DNA from: a bacterium
Lineage (GTDB): Bacteria > Krumholzibacteriota > Krumholzibacteriia > G020349025
NCBI GenBank assembly: GCA_031362565.1
Contig: JANLSU010000067.1
Location: 1 to 64,000, forward strand
Direction of reading: 5' to 3'
Length of the DNA: 64,000 nt
Part shown: piece by piece, positions 17,473-28,119 of the stretch
How the letters are laid out: each line of letters begins with the position of its first letter
Numbering within the stretch: the first letter of the stretch is position 1
Translations under genes and position numbers: made by a program
The notes under the pieces: generated by a model
Database searches by the model: none
Seen by the model: only the letters and a program-made list of their open reading frames with translations
What the model was told of the DNA's origin: nothing

Positions 17473-19275
17473 ATGGACCGCACCAGTGGCCGCAGCCCCG
17501 ACGACGTCGTCGAGCGCGTCCGCGAAGCCACCGACGTCGTGCAGCTCGTCGGCCAATACGTAAACCTGAAGCGTTCGGGCCGGGGCATGAAGGGCCTCTG
17601 CCCCTTCCACAACGAGAAGACCCCCAGTTTCATGGTCAATCCGGAGCGGCAGATGTATCACTGCTTCGGATGTCATAAGGGCGGTGACGTTTTCTCGTTT
17701 CTGATGGAACACGACGGGGTGAGCTTCCCCGAGGCCCTGCGCGTGCTGGGGGAGCGGGCTGGGATCGACGTCGAGGTCCGGCGGCCTCGCGACAGCGGCC
17801 AGGATTCGCTTTACGACGGTGCCGAGCGCGCGGCGCGCCATTTCGCCGAGCAGTTGACTCGGCCCGAGGGCGAAGCAGTGCGCCAATACGCCCGCAAACG
17901 TGGCCTGGCGCCGGAGATCGTCGCGCGCTTTCGCCTGGGCGCCGCCCCCAATTCCTGGGAGGACCTGTCGCGAGTCCTGCGCGCCGAAGGGGTGACCGAG
18001 GAGATCCTGCTCGCCCTGGGGCTTATTGCCCGGCGCGCCAGCGGCCCCGGGAGCTACGACGTGTTTCGCAACCGGCTCATCATCCCCATCGTCTCGCTCT
18101 CCGGCCGGGTGGTGGGCTTCGGGGGCCGTGCCTTGCCGAATCCCGAGGGCGAACAGGGGCCCAAGTACCTGAACAGCCCCGATTCGCCCATCTACCACAA
18201 GGGCCACCTGTTATACGGCATGGCCGAGGCGCGGGCGGCGATCCGGCGGCACGACGCCGTGCTCCTGACCGAGGGCTACCTGGACTGCCTCAGCCTGGTC
18301 CAGGCCGGGATCGAACACGTCGTTGCCGCCTGTGGAACGGCGTTTACACCGCAACAAGCTGCTCTCTTGCACCGTTATACGCGTCGGGCGTATATACTTG
18401 GAGACAGTGATCCGGCGGGCCGCCGGGCGGCGGTACGCACCGCGGGGCTTCTTCTCGAACACGGATTCCTGGTCTACCTGGTCGAGCTGCCGAGCGGCTA
18501 CGACCCCGATTCATTTATCCGCGAGCATGGTGCCCCGGCGCTGGAGACCCGCATTCGAGAAGCCCCGAGCTATGTCGCCAGTATGAAGCTCCTCGTCGAC
18601 CGTCGGGCCGGCGACATGGCAGTCAAGGAACGCGTCGTGCGGCACCTGTTGGATGATTTATCACGGGTGTCGGACCCGTTGCTCCAGGAGTTGTACGGCA
18701 AGGACATGGGCCGCACCTTCGGGTTGTCCGAAGGCGCGATTGCCGCGGCCCTCGAGCAGCGACGCGGGCGTGGCCGGATGCCGCGCCCTGCTGCCATGCC
18801 GGTTGGTGCAGCGGGGGTGCATGGAACGCAGTCGGGGGCGTTGGTCGAAGCGCAACAAGGGCTGTTGCGGCTCGCGCTCTTGGGACCCATGTGGGTGGAA
18901 CGGGCCGCTGAACTGCTCGGCCCCGAGGACTTCGACGCGGGACCGCCGCGTCATTTGTTCGAAGCGCTCCGTGAGCACACGGGGGCGACGGTAGGGGGCG
19001 GTTGGTTCGATCGGCTGGAGGCCGACGAAGACCGCTCGTTCGCGACGGAACTCGCGCTTGGTGACGCCCCGGTGGGTGAACCCGAGCGTTTGTTCAACGA
19101 CTATGTCTCGGCTCTGAAGAGCGCTCGACTCGAGGCCGCCGAACACGATTTACAGCAGCGCTTGGCCGACGCCGAACGGCGCGGCGACCAGGATGAACAG
19201 GCAAGGCTGCTTGAGGAACAACGTGGACTCGCGCTCGATCGCAGCGCGTGGAAGAGACGGGCCGCGTGGAATTGA
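17473..19275 (+). CDS. dnaG: DNA primase
   Basis: [11 protein letters not shown] zinc finger; CFGC; PKYLNSP; Toprim EGYLD, DSDPAG, DPD; AGGAG RBS. Confidence 0.97.
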   Translation: MDRTSGRSPDDVVERVREATDVVQLVGQYVNLKRSGRGMKGLCPFHNEKTPSFMVNPERQMYHCFGCHKGGDVFSFLMEHDGVSFPEALRVLGERAGIDVEVRRPRDSGQDSLYDGAERAARHFAEQLTRPEGEAVRQYARKRGLAPEIVARFRLGAAPNSWEDLSRVLRAEGVTEEILLALGLIARRASGPGSYDVFRNRLIIPIVSLSGRVVGFGGRALPNPEGEQGPKYLNSPDSPIYHKGHLLYGMAEARAAIRRHDAVLLTEGYLDCLSLVQAGIEHVVAACGTAFTPQQAALLHRYTRRAYILGDSDPAGRRAAVRTAGLLLEHGFLVYLVELPSGYDPDSFIREHGAPALETRIREAPSYVASMKLLVDRRAGDMAVKERVVRHLLDDLSRVSDPLLQELYGKDMGRTFGLSEGAIAAALEQRRGRGRMPRPAAMPVGAAGVHGTQSGALVEAQQGLLRLALLGPMWVERAAELLGPEDFDAGPPRHLFEALREHTGATVGGGWFDRLEADEDRSFATELALGDAPVGEPERLFNDYVSALKSARLEAAEHDLQQRLADAERRGDQDEQARLLEEQRGLALDRSAWKRRAAWN

Positions 19276-19316
19276 AAAGAAGGCCGGCGGCGAAGGTGAC
19301 GAAAGGGGATGTCGCT

Positions 19317-21059
19317 TTGAGCGACCCGAAACTGATCAAGATCATCGACCAGTTGAAACGCCGCAATCACGACCGTGGTTACGTCTTGCACGATGACATC
19401 AACGAACTGATCGACGACGATTTCGATCTGGAAGGCCTGGACTCCATCTACGGTGAGCTCACCAAGCTCAACATCTCGTTCTACGACTCGGAAGAAGTCG
19501 CGCGCGAGAAGATGAAGCTGCAGGACAAGCGCCGCGAGAAACAGAAAAAAGAGCAGGCAGTTCGCGCCACCATCAAGTACGACGACCCGATTCGCATGTA
19601 CTTGCGGGAAATGGGCCGCGTGCCGCTCCTGGACCGCCAGGGCGAAGTCGAGATCGCCAAGCGCATCGAAAGCGGCCAGCACCAGGTGCTCGAAACGGTG
19701 TTCGCCACCGAGGCCTCGCTCTCCAAGTTGCGCGAGCTGGTCAAGCAACTCGAGAACGAAGAGATGCGCATCGACGAGTTCCTACAGCTCGAGATTCGCA
19801 ACGCCACGACGCCCGGCTCGATCAAAAAAGAAGTCATGCGGCTCAACCGGCAGATCAAGAAGATCGAACAGGTGCGCGAGGAGCTGGCCGACCTCAAAAA
19901 GAAGTTCGGGACGCGCGACTACAACGACAAGAAGAAAGTCGTCGACAAGTCCATCCTGATGCGCGAGCAAAAGCTGCAGCACGAAATTCACGATCTGAAG
20001 CTGCATCCGAACCAGATCGAAGCCTTGGTCCAGAACCTGTACGACATCCTGGAGCGCATCGAGGGCGCCGAGAAAGACGTCAAGACGCTGGAAGGCGAAT
20101 ACGGCATCGAGGTCACCAAGGCGAACGAAGCTTTGGCCGAGATGCGCAAACGCAACACGCGGTCCTTCAAGCACAAGAACCGCATGTACAGCAAGGAAGT
20201 CCTGCAAAGCTTCCAGAAGCGCGTCAAGGATTGCCGCAAGGCTATCGAGATCGTGGAAGTCGACGCCGGCATCACCGGCGAACGCTTGCGCACGCTGTTG
20301 CGCACCATTGCCATCGGCCAAGTGCGCGTGCAACAGGCGAAGAAGGAGATGATCGAGGCCAACGTGCGCCTCGTGATCTCGATCGCCAAGCGCTACACCA
20401 ACCGCGGCCTCGAATTCCTGGATTTGATCCAGGAGGGCAACTCGGGCCTCATGCGCGCCGTCGACAAGTTCGACTATCGCAAGGGCTACAAGTTTTCGAC
20501 CTACGCCACGTGGTGGATTCGCCAAGCCATCACCCGCGCCATTGCCGATCAGGCGCGCACGATCCGCGTGCCGGTGCACATGATCGAGGCCATCAACAAG
20601 GTGGCGCGGGCGTCGCGCGCCCTGGTGCAGGAATACGGCCGCGAGCCGACGCCCGAAGAAGTGGCGAAGAAGCTCATCATGCCGGTCGACAAGGTGAAGT
20701 CGGTCATGAAGGCGAGCCTCGAGCCGATTTCGCTCGACCGCCCGATCGGCGAGGACGAGGACAGCAACCTGGGCGATTTCATCGAGGACACCTCGGCGGA
20801 TTCGCCGGCCTCGTCGGCAGCGCACGCCATGCTGCAGGACCAAATGTCCAAGGTCCTCTCGACGCTGACGCGCCGTGAGGAAAAAGTGATCCGGCTGCGC
20901 TTCGGCCTGGGCGACGGCACGCCGCGGACACTCGAGGAAGTGGGCTCGATCTTCCAGGTGACCCGCGAGCGCGTCCGCCAGATCGAAGCCAAGGCGCTCC
21001 GGAAGCTGCAACACCCGAGCCGGGCCCGCAAACTGCGCGGCTATACGGACAGCGTTTAG
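19317..21059 (+). CDS. rpoD: RNA polymerase primary sigma factor
   Basis: [69 protein letters not shown] start inferred from RBS AAGGGG. Confidence 0.97.
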   Translation: MSDPKLIKIIDQLKRRNHDRGYVLHDDINELIDDDFDLEGLDSIYGELTKLNISFYDSEEVAREKMKLQDKRREKQKKEQAVRATIKYDDPIRMYLREMGRVPLLDRQGEVEIAKRIESGQHQVLETVFATEASLSKLRELVKQLENEEMRIDEFLQLEIRNATTPGSIKKEVMRLNRQIKKIEQVREELADLKKKFGTRDYNDKKKVVDKSILMREQKLQHEIHDLKLHPNQIEALVQNLYDILERIEGAEKDVKTLEGEYGIEVTKANEALAEMRKRNTRSFKHKNRMYSKEVLQSFQKRVKDCRKAIEIVEVDAGITGERLRTLLRTIAIGQVRVQQAKKEMIEANVRLVISIAKRYTNRGLEFLDLIQEGNSGLMRAVDKFDYRKGYKFSTYATWWIRQAITRAIADQARTIRVPVHMIEAINKVARASRALVQEYGREPTPEEVAKKLIMPVDKVKSVMKASLEPISLDRPIGEDEDSNLGDFIEDTSADSPASSAAHAMLQDQMSKVLSTLTRREEKVIRLRFGLGDGTPRTLEEVGSIFQVTRERVRQIEAKALRKLQHPSRARKLRGYTDSV

Positions 21060-21141
21060 CCGGCGACGCACCGGCACGCCGCGTTGCGCCGTGCGCGTCC
21101 TGACGTCTTTTACGAGGCCGCCGGGGCGGCGCTGGCCGTCG

Positions 21142-21171
21142 TTGACGACCCCCGGCGCCCGGTGCTACGGT
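21142..21171 (+). promoter_or_regulatory. Sigma-70 promoter for the tRNA pair
   Basis: TTGACG-N18-TACGGT, about 30 nt before the tRNA. Confidence 0.4.
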
Positions 21172-21201
21172 TCGACCGCTTTGGCGCCGCATGGCCTCGA
21201 T

Positions 21202-21278
21202 GGGCCTATAGCTCAGTTGGTTAGAGCACCCGGCTCATAACCGGAGTGTCCCAGGTTCGAGTCCTGGTAGGCCCACCA
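21202..21278 (+). tRNA. tRNA with CAT anticodon, probably tRNA-Ile2 (lysidine-modified); elongator Met not excluded
   Basis: GGGCCTA/TAGGCCC acceptor stem; CCCGG-CTCATAA-CCGG anticodon arm; GGTTCGA T-loop; encoded CCA; fully paired 1:72 so not an initiator; position after rpoD as for E. coli ileX. Confidence 0.9.
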
Positions 21279-21315
21279 GACTCGAGCCTCCGGCCGTCGA
21301 AAGCAACTGAACGTC

Positions 21316-21392
21316 GGGCGAATAGCTCAGTTGGACAGAGCGCTCGCCTCACACGCGAGAGGTCACAGGTTCGACCCCTGTTTCGCCCACCA
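21316..21392 (+). tRNA. tRNA-Val (CAC)
   Basis: GGGCGAA/TTCGCCC acceptor; CTCGC-CTCACAC-GCGAG anticodon arm; encoded CCA. Confidence 0.93.
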
Positions 21393-21483
21393 CACCGCGG
21401 CCCGGTTCACGCCGGGCCGCGTTTGTTTCGGCCGTTTTCCACCCCGCTGGTGCGATCGTCCCCCACGTGGTAGCTTGCAACCG

Positions 21484-22197
21484 ATGGCAGATCAACAACA
21501 GACACTCGTCGAACTGGCGCGCGAAGACGCGCGACTCTTCCAAATCAAACAATTGCTTGCCAACCTGCCGCGGCGCATTCAGGAACTGGGCAAGGAGCGG
21601 CTGACGCTCGAGTTGCAAGGCCGCGAGGCCGAGGGCCGTTGGCAAAACGCCGAATCCGCCCGCCGCAAGCTCGAGAACGAACTGAGCGAGGCGCGCGCCA
21701 AAAAAGCCAAGAGCGAGTCGCGCCTGGGCGCCATCACCAGCACCGACCAGTATCAAGCGCTGACCAAGGAAATCATCACCATGGGCGAGCGCATCGACGC
21801 CCTGGAGTCCTCCGTGCTCGAAGCACTCGAACGCAGCGAAGAAACCGAGCGCTCGCGGGATGCCGAAAAAGCGCGTGTCGACCAAGGCATGGCGGCGCTC
21901 GACGCACAAAGGGTGACGCTCGAAGGTGACCTGGCCCGCGCCCGTGCCAATCTCGAAGAGCAAACGCGCAAGCGCGAAGCCGCCCTCGTCAACATGTCGG
22001 GCCCGCTGCGCTCGATCTATGACCGCATCCTGAAATCCAAGGGTGACGCCGCCCTCGCTATCGTCAACGGCCAGACGTGCGGTATCTGCAAGGGCGTGCA
22101 ACCACCGCATATCGTGCAGCAACTGCGCGCCGCCAGCGGCGTCCACCACTGCCAAATGTGCGGCCGCATTCTGGTCTGGGACTCCGCGTTCGTATGA
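21484..22197 (+). CDS. Coiled-coil protein with C4-type zinc ribbon (DUF164-like)
   Basis: Long coiled coil; CGIC...CQMCGRIL; usual neighbour of rnhA and rnpB. Confidence 0.88.
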   Translation: MADQQQTLVELAREDARLFQIKQLLANLPRRIQELGKERLTLELQGREAEGRWQNAESARRKLENELSEARAKKAKSESRLGAITSTDQYQALTKEIITMGERIDALESSVLEALERSEETERSRDAEKARVDQGMAALDAQRVTLEGDLARARANLEEQTRKREAALVNMSGPLRSIYDRILKSKGDAALAIVNGQTCGICKGVQPPHIVQQLRAASGVHHCQMCGRILVWDSAFV

Positions 22198-22634
22198 CCT
22201 TGCCGTTTCCCGCCGACTCCGGCGAATACGTTCTGTATTGCGATGGTGCATCGCGCGGCAACCCCGGTGCCGCATCGTTCGGCTATGTGTTGTTCGATTC
22301 GGCCGGCAACGAAGTCGCCGCCCACGGTGCTGTGCTCGGCACCCAAACGAACAACTTTGCCGAGTACACGGCCCTGATCGAAGGCCTGGCGCAGGCGGCG
22401 TCGCTTGGCGTGCGCCGTATTTGCGTCCGCATGGACAGCGAACTGGCCGTGCGCCAGATGCTGGGGATCTACCGCGTCAAGAACGAAGGGTTGAAGCCGC
22501 TTTTCGCCGCCGCGCAGCAACAGCGATCGCGTTTCGCCGCCTTCCGAATCGAGCACGTGCCGCGCGCCCAAAACGCGCGCGCCGATTCCCTTGCCAACGC
22601 TGCTCTCGACGCCCTAAAATCACCGTCACAGTGA
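22194..22634 (+). CDS. rnhA: Ribonuclease HI
   Basis: YCDGASRGNPG; TNNFAEY; DSEL; HVPRAQNARADSLAN. Confidence 0.93.
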   Translation: MTLPFPADSGEYVLYCDGASRGNPGAASFGYVLFDSAGNEVAAHGAVLGTQTNNFAEYTALIEGLAQAASLGVRRICVRMDSELAVRQMLGIYRVKNEGLKPLFAAAQQQRSRFAAFRIEHVPRAQNARADSLANAALDALKSPSQ

Positions 22635-22686
22635 ACCGGCATGCCGTGACACTGCAGTTGGGATCCGGCGCGCCGGATCGAGGTGT

Positions 22687-23055
22687 GAAGTCGTTCAGGT
22701 GATCGCGCGTCTCGTTCGCGAGGCGTGAGGAAAGTCCGGGCTCCGCAGGGCAGGGTGCTGGGGAAATCCCAGGAGAAGTGATTCTACGGAAAGTGCAACA
22801 GAAAGCAAACCGCCTCTGCAGCCGCAAGGCCGCAGCGGTAAGGGTGAAACGGTGAGGTAAGAGCTCACCAGCATTCCCGGTGACGGGGATGGCTTGGCAA
22901 ACCCCACCTGGAGCAAGACCAAATAGGAGAGGAGAGGTGGCCCGCCTCGCTGGACTCTCGGGTTGGTCGCTCGTGGGTCACGGTAACGTGGCTCCCAGAT
23001 AAATGATCACCACCCGCTTTCGGGCGGGGACAAAACTCGGCTTACGAACGGCTTC
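22687..23055 (+). ncRNA. rnpB: RNase P RNA (type A)
   Basis: GAGGAAAGTCCGGGCTCC; GGAAAGTGCAACAGAAA; AAGGGTGAAACGGTGAGGTAAGAGC; AGATAAATGATCAC; ACAAAACTCGGCTTA; P1 GAAGTCGTTC/GAACGGCTTC. Confidence 0.97.
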
Positions 23056-23116
23056 ACACCTCCATCCGGCGCGACCGCAGTACAGTCCCGAACCCCTCCT
23101 CCCCCAACGAGGGCCG

Positions 23117-24862
23117 ATGCGACCGCGACGCCAGTGGATCCAGCCGCCGCAATCCGCGGCGCGCGACATCGAGGCGCTCGCACGCGCCTGCGACGTGCCG
23201 CCGGCCTTGGCCCGGCTGTTGTGGGGCCGCGGGCATCAAGATGCCACTGCCTTGCGCACGTTTCTCGATCCGAATCTCGACACCCTGCACGATCCGCTCC
23301 GCATGGCCGACATGGACCGCGCCGCCGAGCGGCTCGATGGCGCGATTCGGAACGGCGAACGCATCGTGGTAAGCGGCGACTATGATTGTGATGGCGTCAC
23401 CGGCACGGCCCTACTCACATCGGAACTGCGCGCTCTCGGCGCCCAAGTCGACTTCTTTATCCCCGACCGTGAGCGCGACGGTTATGGCATTTCGCCGCGG
23501 TTGGTCGAGCGTTCGGCCGAAGTCGGCATTCGCGTCCTGATCTCGGTCGATTGCGGCTCGTCCGAGCACGCGACTATTGCCCGGGCGCGCGACGTCGGCA
23601 TCGACGTGATCGTCGTCGACCATCACGAGATTCCGCTCCGGCCCGAAGGCGCTTATGCAGTCTTGAATCCCAAGCGCGCCGACTGCACCTATCCATTCAA
23701 GGGCCTGTCGGCGGTCGGGGTCGGTTACAAGCTGCTGCAGGCCGTGTGCGCGCGGCGCGGCGTCGCGGCGCCCGCCCACAGTCTCGACTTCGTAGCGCTC
23801 GGGACGTTGGCCGACTCGCAACCGGTGCTCGACGAAAATCGTACTTTGGTCGCACTCGGGCTCTTGTGCCTGACCCACGGCGGCCGCCCAGGCATTCAGG
23901 CGCTGCGCGCCTCTTCCGGTGTCCACGAAGCCGTGCGCAGCCGCCAAGTGGGATTCCGCCTCGTGCCGCGTTTGAATGCCGTCGGACGCGTGGCACGCGG
24001 CAAACTGGCCGTCGACCTGCTGCTCGCACCCGACGCTCGCAGTGCCGCGGCGCTGGCGCAACAGCTCGAAGCCCACAACGTCTCACGCCGCGCCATCGAA
24101 CACGAAGTGACGCGCGTCGCGCTCGAACGTGCCGCGGTGTTGTTCCAGGTGAGCCGCCCCGCCGCCCTGGTCCTGGCGTCCGAAGCCTGGCATCCCGGCG
24201 TTGTCGGCATCACCGCCGCCCGGCTCGTAGATCGCTTCGAAGTCCCCGCCGCGGTCATTGGCTTTCAAAACGGTGTCGGCCGCGGCTCGGTGCGGACCCC
24301 CGAGGGTATCGATGTCAAAGCGGCGCTCGACGCGACCCAAGATCTCCTGGTGCGCTACGGCGGCCATCGCGAAGCCGCCGGTTTCACGATCGAACCATCA
24401 CAGGTCGCCGCATTCACCGAACGATTTCCGGCCGCCATCGGGGCTCAGAACCGCGACCGTGGCCTCCGGCCGCTCGTCTTGGATGCGACGCTGGAACCCG
24501 ACGAAATCGAAACCGCCCTCGCCACCGCGCTCGATCGACTCGAACCCTTCGGCAGCGGCCATTCCGAACCGGTGTTCCTGATCTCGGGCCTGCGCGTCGG
24601 CCGGCGTACGCGGCGGGTCGGCGAGGGGCATTTGAAACTCGATCTCGAGACATCCACCGGTGCGAGTGTCGACGGGATCGCCTTTGGCTGGGGCGAATTG
24701 TTCGCGCCCGCCGATGCGATCGGCCGCACCGTCGACGTGGCGGCGCACGTCCGCATGCAAGATCCGCGCTGGGGCGCCGGCGTGCAACTCGTCGTTCTCG
24801 ACTTCGACGCGACGGCCGAGGCGATGCCTGTCGTGCACGGCGCGATGGAGGACCGCCCATGA
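23117..24862 (+). CDS. recJ: Single-stranded-DNA-specific exonuclease RecJ
   Basis: GDYDCDG; SVDCG; VDHH; PRLNAVGR; GGHREAAG; LEPFG. Confidence 0.95.
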   Translation: MRPRRQWIQPPQSAARDIEALARACDVPPALARLLWGRGHQDATALRTFLDPNLDTLHDPLRMADMDRAAERLDGAIRNGERIVVSGDYDCDGVTGTALLTSELRALGAQVDFFIPDRERDGYGISPRLVERSAEVGIRVLISVDCGSSEHATIARARDVGIDVIVVDHHEIPLRPEGAYAVLNPKRADCTYPFKGLSAVGVGYKLLQAVCARRGVAAPAHSLDFVALGTLADSQPVLDENRTLVALGLLCLTHGGRPGIQALRASSGVHEAVRSRQVGFRLVPRLNAVGRVARGKLAVDLLLAPDARSAAALAQQLEAHNVSRRAIEHEVTRVALERAAVLFQVSRPAALVLASEAWHPGVVGITAARLVDRFEVPAAVIGFQNGVGRGSVRTPEGIDVKAALDATQDLLVRYGGHREAAGFTIEPSQVAAFTERFPAAIGAQNRDRGLRPLVLDATLEPDEIETALATALDRLEPFGSGHSEPVFLISGLRVGRRTRRVGEGHLKLDLETSTGASVDGIAFGWGELFAPADAIGRTVDVAAHVRMQDPRWGAGVQLVVLDFDATAEAMPVVHGAMEDRP

Positions 24863-27069
24863 GCCTCCCCGACCCGCCGATTCTGCCGTCCGACCCCACC
24901 GCCATCGGGCCGGCGCCGCTCCTCGACGCGGAGCTCGCGCGCCTGCAAGCAGCCATCGGCTCCTACATGCCCCCCGACGATGTGGCGTTCGTGACCGACG
25001 CGTTTCATGTCGCCGAAAAAGCCCACGAAGGCCAAGTTCGCAAGTCCGGCGAAGCCTATTTCACCCATGTGCTCGAGGTGGCCTTCATTCTGTCGCGGTT
25101 GCGTCTCGACCGCGAAACCGTCGCCGCCGGGCTGCTGCACGATGTTGTCGAGGACACGACCGTCAAGCTCAAGGACATCGAGGCGCGCTTCGGCACCAAC
25201 GTCGCGCACCTGGTGGACGGCGTCACCAAGATCGGCCACCTGCCGTTCACGAGCGTCGAACATGAACAGGCCGAGAACTTCCGCAAGATGCTCCTGTCGA
25301 TGATTCGCGATGTGCGCATCATTCTCGTCAAGCTCGCCGACCGGTTGCACAACATGCGCACCCTCGAATGGCACTCCGCGGACAAACAAAAATCGATCGC
25401 CAAAGAGACCATGGAGATCTACGCGCCGCTCGCGCACCGGCTGGGCATCGGGTTGCTCAAGTGGGAACTGGAGGACCTGGCGTTCAAGTACCTGGAGCCC
25501 GAGGAATACCGTAACATCGAAGAGCAGATCGGCCAAAAACGCCAAGAGCGCGAAGACTATATCGAGCGCGTCAGTCGGCCGATCGTCGAAAAACTGCGCG
25601 AAGCCGGCATCCAGGTCGAAATCAGCGGCCGCGCCAAGCATTTCTATTCCATCTATCGCAAACTGCACCATCGCGACAAGACGCTTTCAGAACTCTACGA
25701 TCTGTTGGCGCTGCGGGTCGTGGTGCCGTCGGTGCAAGATTGTTATCACGCCCTGGGGATCCTGCACACGCTCTACACGCCTATTCACGAGCGCTTCAAG
25801 GACTACGTCGCCACCCCCAAGAGCAATCTCTACCGGTCATTGCACACGACCGTCGTCGGTCCCGAGGGCCACGTCATCGAGATTCAGATCCGCACCTTCG
25901 AAATGCACCGCACCGCCGAGTATGGAATCGCCGCGCACTGGAAGTACAAAGAAGACGGTAAGACCGACCAGCAGATGGACTCGCAACTGCAATGGCTGCG
26001 GCAGATGATGGAATGGCAGCACGACCTCAAGGATCCGCGCGAGTTCATGGAGTCGCTCAAGATCGACCTCTTCCAACAGGAAGTGTTCGTTTTTACTCCC
26101 AAGGGCCATTTGAAGCAATTGCCGCGCGGCGCCACGCCGATCGATTTCGCCTATGCGATTCACACCGAGGTCGGCAACAAGACGATCGGCGCACGCGCCA
26201 ACGGCCGCATGGTGCCGCTGCACTACACGCTCAAGAACGGCGACACGGTCGACATCATCACCTCGAACCAAGCCCACCCGAGCACGCACTGGTTGCAGAC
26301 CGCGCAAACGACCCGGGCGCGCACCAAGGTGCGGCATTGGCTGAAGGCTCAGCGCCAGACCGAGAGCCTCGGGCTCGGGCGTCAAATGCTCGAACGCGAA
26401 CTCAAGCAGTTGCGCATCGTTCTCGACATGGACCGCGACTTGACCGATGTCGCGCAGGGCTTGGGGTACGAGGACAACGAGAAATTGTTGACCGCGCTCG
26501 GCAACGGCAGCCAGTCGCTGCAAGCGGTCATGAACAAGCTCAAGCCGCCCGAGCCCAAGAGCCGCATGGCCGGCATCGTGCCGCGCGTCGACAAACTGTT
26601 GCGCGGCGGCCTTTCGGCGACGAGCCCGGGGATCCAAGTGCAGGGCGTCGGCAATCTCATGGTGCGCTTCGCGCAGTGCTGCGCGCCGGTGCCGGGGGAC
26701 CGCATCGTCGGCATCATCACCAAGGGCCGGGGCATTTCGGTGCATCGCCACGATTGCGTCAATATCATCGGCAGCAGTGTCGAGCCCGATCGCCACATCG
26801 ATGTGTCGTGGGATGCCGGCAAGGAGCAATCCTTCCCGGTGCGCATCGTGGTGACCGGCGAAGACCGTCCGAACCTGCTCGCCGATCTCAGCAAGAAGAT
26901 CTCGGCCGACGGCACCAATATCCAAAAAGGCGATTTCGTGTCCGAGGACGGGCTCATGCGCTGCACATTCATGGTCGAAGTGCGCAACCTGCGCCACCTG
27001 AACGAGATCATCGCGTCGGTGCGGCAAGTGCGCAGCGTGCGCAATGTGGTGCGCGACGAGGGACACTAA
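24859..27069 (+). CDS. rel: Bifunctional (p)ppGpp synthetase/hydrolase (long RSH)
   Basis: AHEGQVRKSGE; LLHDVVED (HD intact); KLADRLHNMRT; RFKD; EIQIRT; TGS and ACT domains; GGAGG RBS. Confidence 0.96.
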   Translation: MSLPDPPILPSDPTAIGPAPLLDAELARLQAAIGSYMPPDDVAFVTDAFHVAEKAHEGQVRKSGEAYFTHVLEVAFILSRLRLDRETVAAGLLHDVVEDTTVKLKDIEARFGTNVAHLVDGVTKIGHLPFTSVEHEQAENFRKMLLSMIRDVRIILVKLADRLHNMRTLEWHSADKQKSIAKETMEIYAPLAHRLGIGLLKWELEDLAFKYLEPEEYRNIEEQIGQKRQEREDYIERVSRPIVEKLREAGIQVEISGRAKHFYSIYRKLHHRDKTLSELYDLLALRVVVPSVQDCYHALGILHTLYTPIHERFKDYVATPKSNLYRSLHTTVVGPEGHVIEIQIRTFEMHRTAEYGIAAHWKYKEDGKTDQQMDSQLQWLRQMMEWQHDLKDPREFMESLKIDLFQQEVFVFTPKGHLKQLPRGATPIDFAYAIHTEVGNKTIGARANGRMVPLHYTLKNGDTVDIITSNQAHPSTHWLQTAQTTRARTKVRHWLKAQRQTESLGLGRQMLERELKQLRIVLDMDRDLTDVAQGLGYEDNEKLLTALGNGSQSLQAVMNKLKPPEPKSRMAGIVPRVDKLLRGGLSATSPGIQVQGVGNLMVRFAQCCAPVPGDRIVGIITKGRGISVHRHDCVNIIGSSVEPDRHIDVSWDAGKEQSFPVRIVVTGEDRPNLLADLSKKISADGTNIQKGDFVSEDGLMRCTFMVEVRNLRHLNEIIASVRQVRSVRNVVRDEGH

Positions 27070-27115
27070 GCCACGATTCGGCCTCTAATTCAGGCGCGAC
27101 GAGGGGCACTAGAAT

Positions 27116-27583
27116 TTGCGAGTCGTCATTCAGCGCGTGACGCGGGCCACCGTGCGGCGCATCGACATCGAACCACCCGCGGCGGCGCATATCGGTTCCG
27201 GGCTCCTGCTCCTGGCGGGATTCCGCGCTGGCGACGACGATGCCGTGTTGCGCTGGATGGCCGAAAAGTGCCTGGGCCTGCGCATCTTCGCCGACGACGC
27301 CGGCGCCATGAACCGCTCCGTCGAAGAGGCCGGCGGCGCGTTGCTGGTCGTCCCCAACTTCACACTCTATGGCGACGCGCGCAAAGGCCGGCGCCCGGGT
27401 TTCAGCGATGCGGCACCGCCGGAAGTCGCCGCCCAGTATTTCGAACGTTTCGTGGCCCACCTACGCGCCGGCCCGGTGCCCGTACAAACCGGCTTCTTTC
27501 AAACTACGATGCAAGTCGAACTCGTCAACGACGGGCCCGTAACGCTCTTGATCGAACGCGACGCCGGAGCACCGCCGTCCTAA
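27116..27583 (+). CDS. dtd: D-aminoacyl-tRNA deacylase
   Basis: MRVVIQRV; NFTL; KGRRPGF; NDGPVT; follows rel. Confidence 0.93.
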   Translation: MRVVIQRVTRATVRRIDIEPPAAAHIGSGLLLLAGFRAGDDDAVLRWMAEKCLGLRIFADDAGAMNRSVEEAGGALLVVPNFTLYGDARKGRRPGFSDAAPPEVAAQYFERFVAHLRAGPVPVQTGFFQTTMQVELVNDGPVTLLIERDAGAPPS

Positions 27584-27614
27584 CGTATCGTGCACTCTTG
27601 AAGGAGGACTCCCT

Positions 27615-28088
27615 GTGACCGTGAAGGAAGGCAAAGCCGCCCCGGCGTTCACGCTCGCCGGTCCCGGCGGCAAGACCGTGTCGCTCGGGGACTATGCGGG
27701 CAAGCATGTCGTCTTGTACTTCTATCCCAAGGACGACACGCCCGGATGCACCAAGGAAGCCTGTGGCTTCCGTGATAGCTGGTCCGAAATCAAGAAGCTG
27801 GGCGCCATCGTGCTCGGCGTCTCGGCCGACAGCAGCGAGTCGCACGCCAAATTCACCGCCAAGTACAAGCTGCCGTTCCCGCTCCTCTCCGACCCCGACC
27901 GCAAGGTGATGACGAAGTACGGCGCTTTCGGCGAGAAGATGCTGTACGGCAAGAAGACGATCGGGGTGATTCGCTCGACGGTGTGGATCGGCCCCGATGG
28001 CACGGTACGCAAGCACTGGGCGCGGGTACCGAAAGCCGAAACGCATCCCGAGAAAGTTCTGGAAGCGCTTCGCGACGCCGGCGACTGA
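27615..28088 (+). CDS. bcp: Thioredoxin-dependent peroxiredoxin (BCP/PrxQ)
   Basis: YFYPKDDTPGCTKEAC. Confidence 0.93.
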   Translation: MTVKEGKAAPAFTLAGPGGKTVSLGDYAGKHVVLYFYPKDDTPGCTKEACGFRDSWSEIKKLGAIVLGVSADSSESHAKFTAKYKLPFPLLSDPDRKVMTKYGAFGEKMLYGKKTIGVIRSTVWIGPDGTVRKHWARVPKAETHPEKVLEALRDAGD

Positions 28089-28119
28089 ACCGCGCCGCGT
28101 CGAGGCGGCCGGCAGCGCC

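Noticed and set aside
21202..21392. tRNAs as prophage or island attachment sites
   Set aside because: No integrase and no duplicated tRNA 3' end were found, and the flanks are housekeeping genes.
23551..27069. 1172-aa ORF suggesting a Rel protein with a 436-aa N-terminal extension
   Set aside because: The extension is an Arg-rich off-frame read of recJ. The real start is ATG 24859, which has a GGAGG RBS and overlaps the recJ stop.
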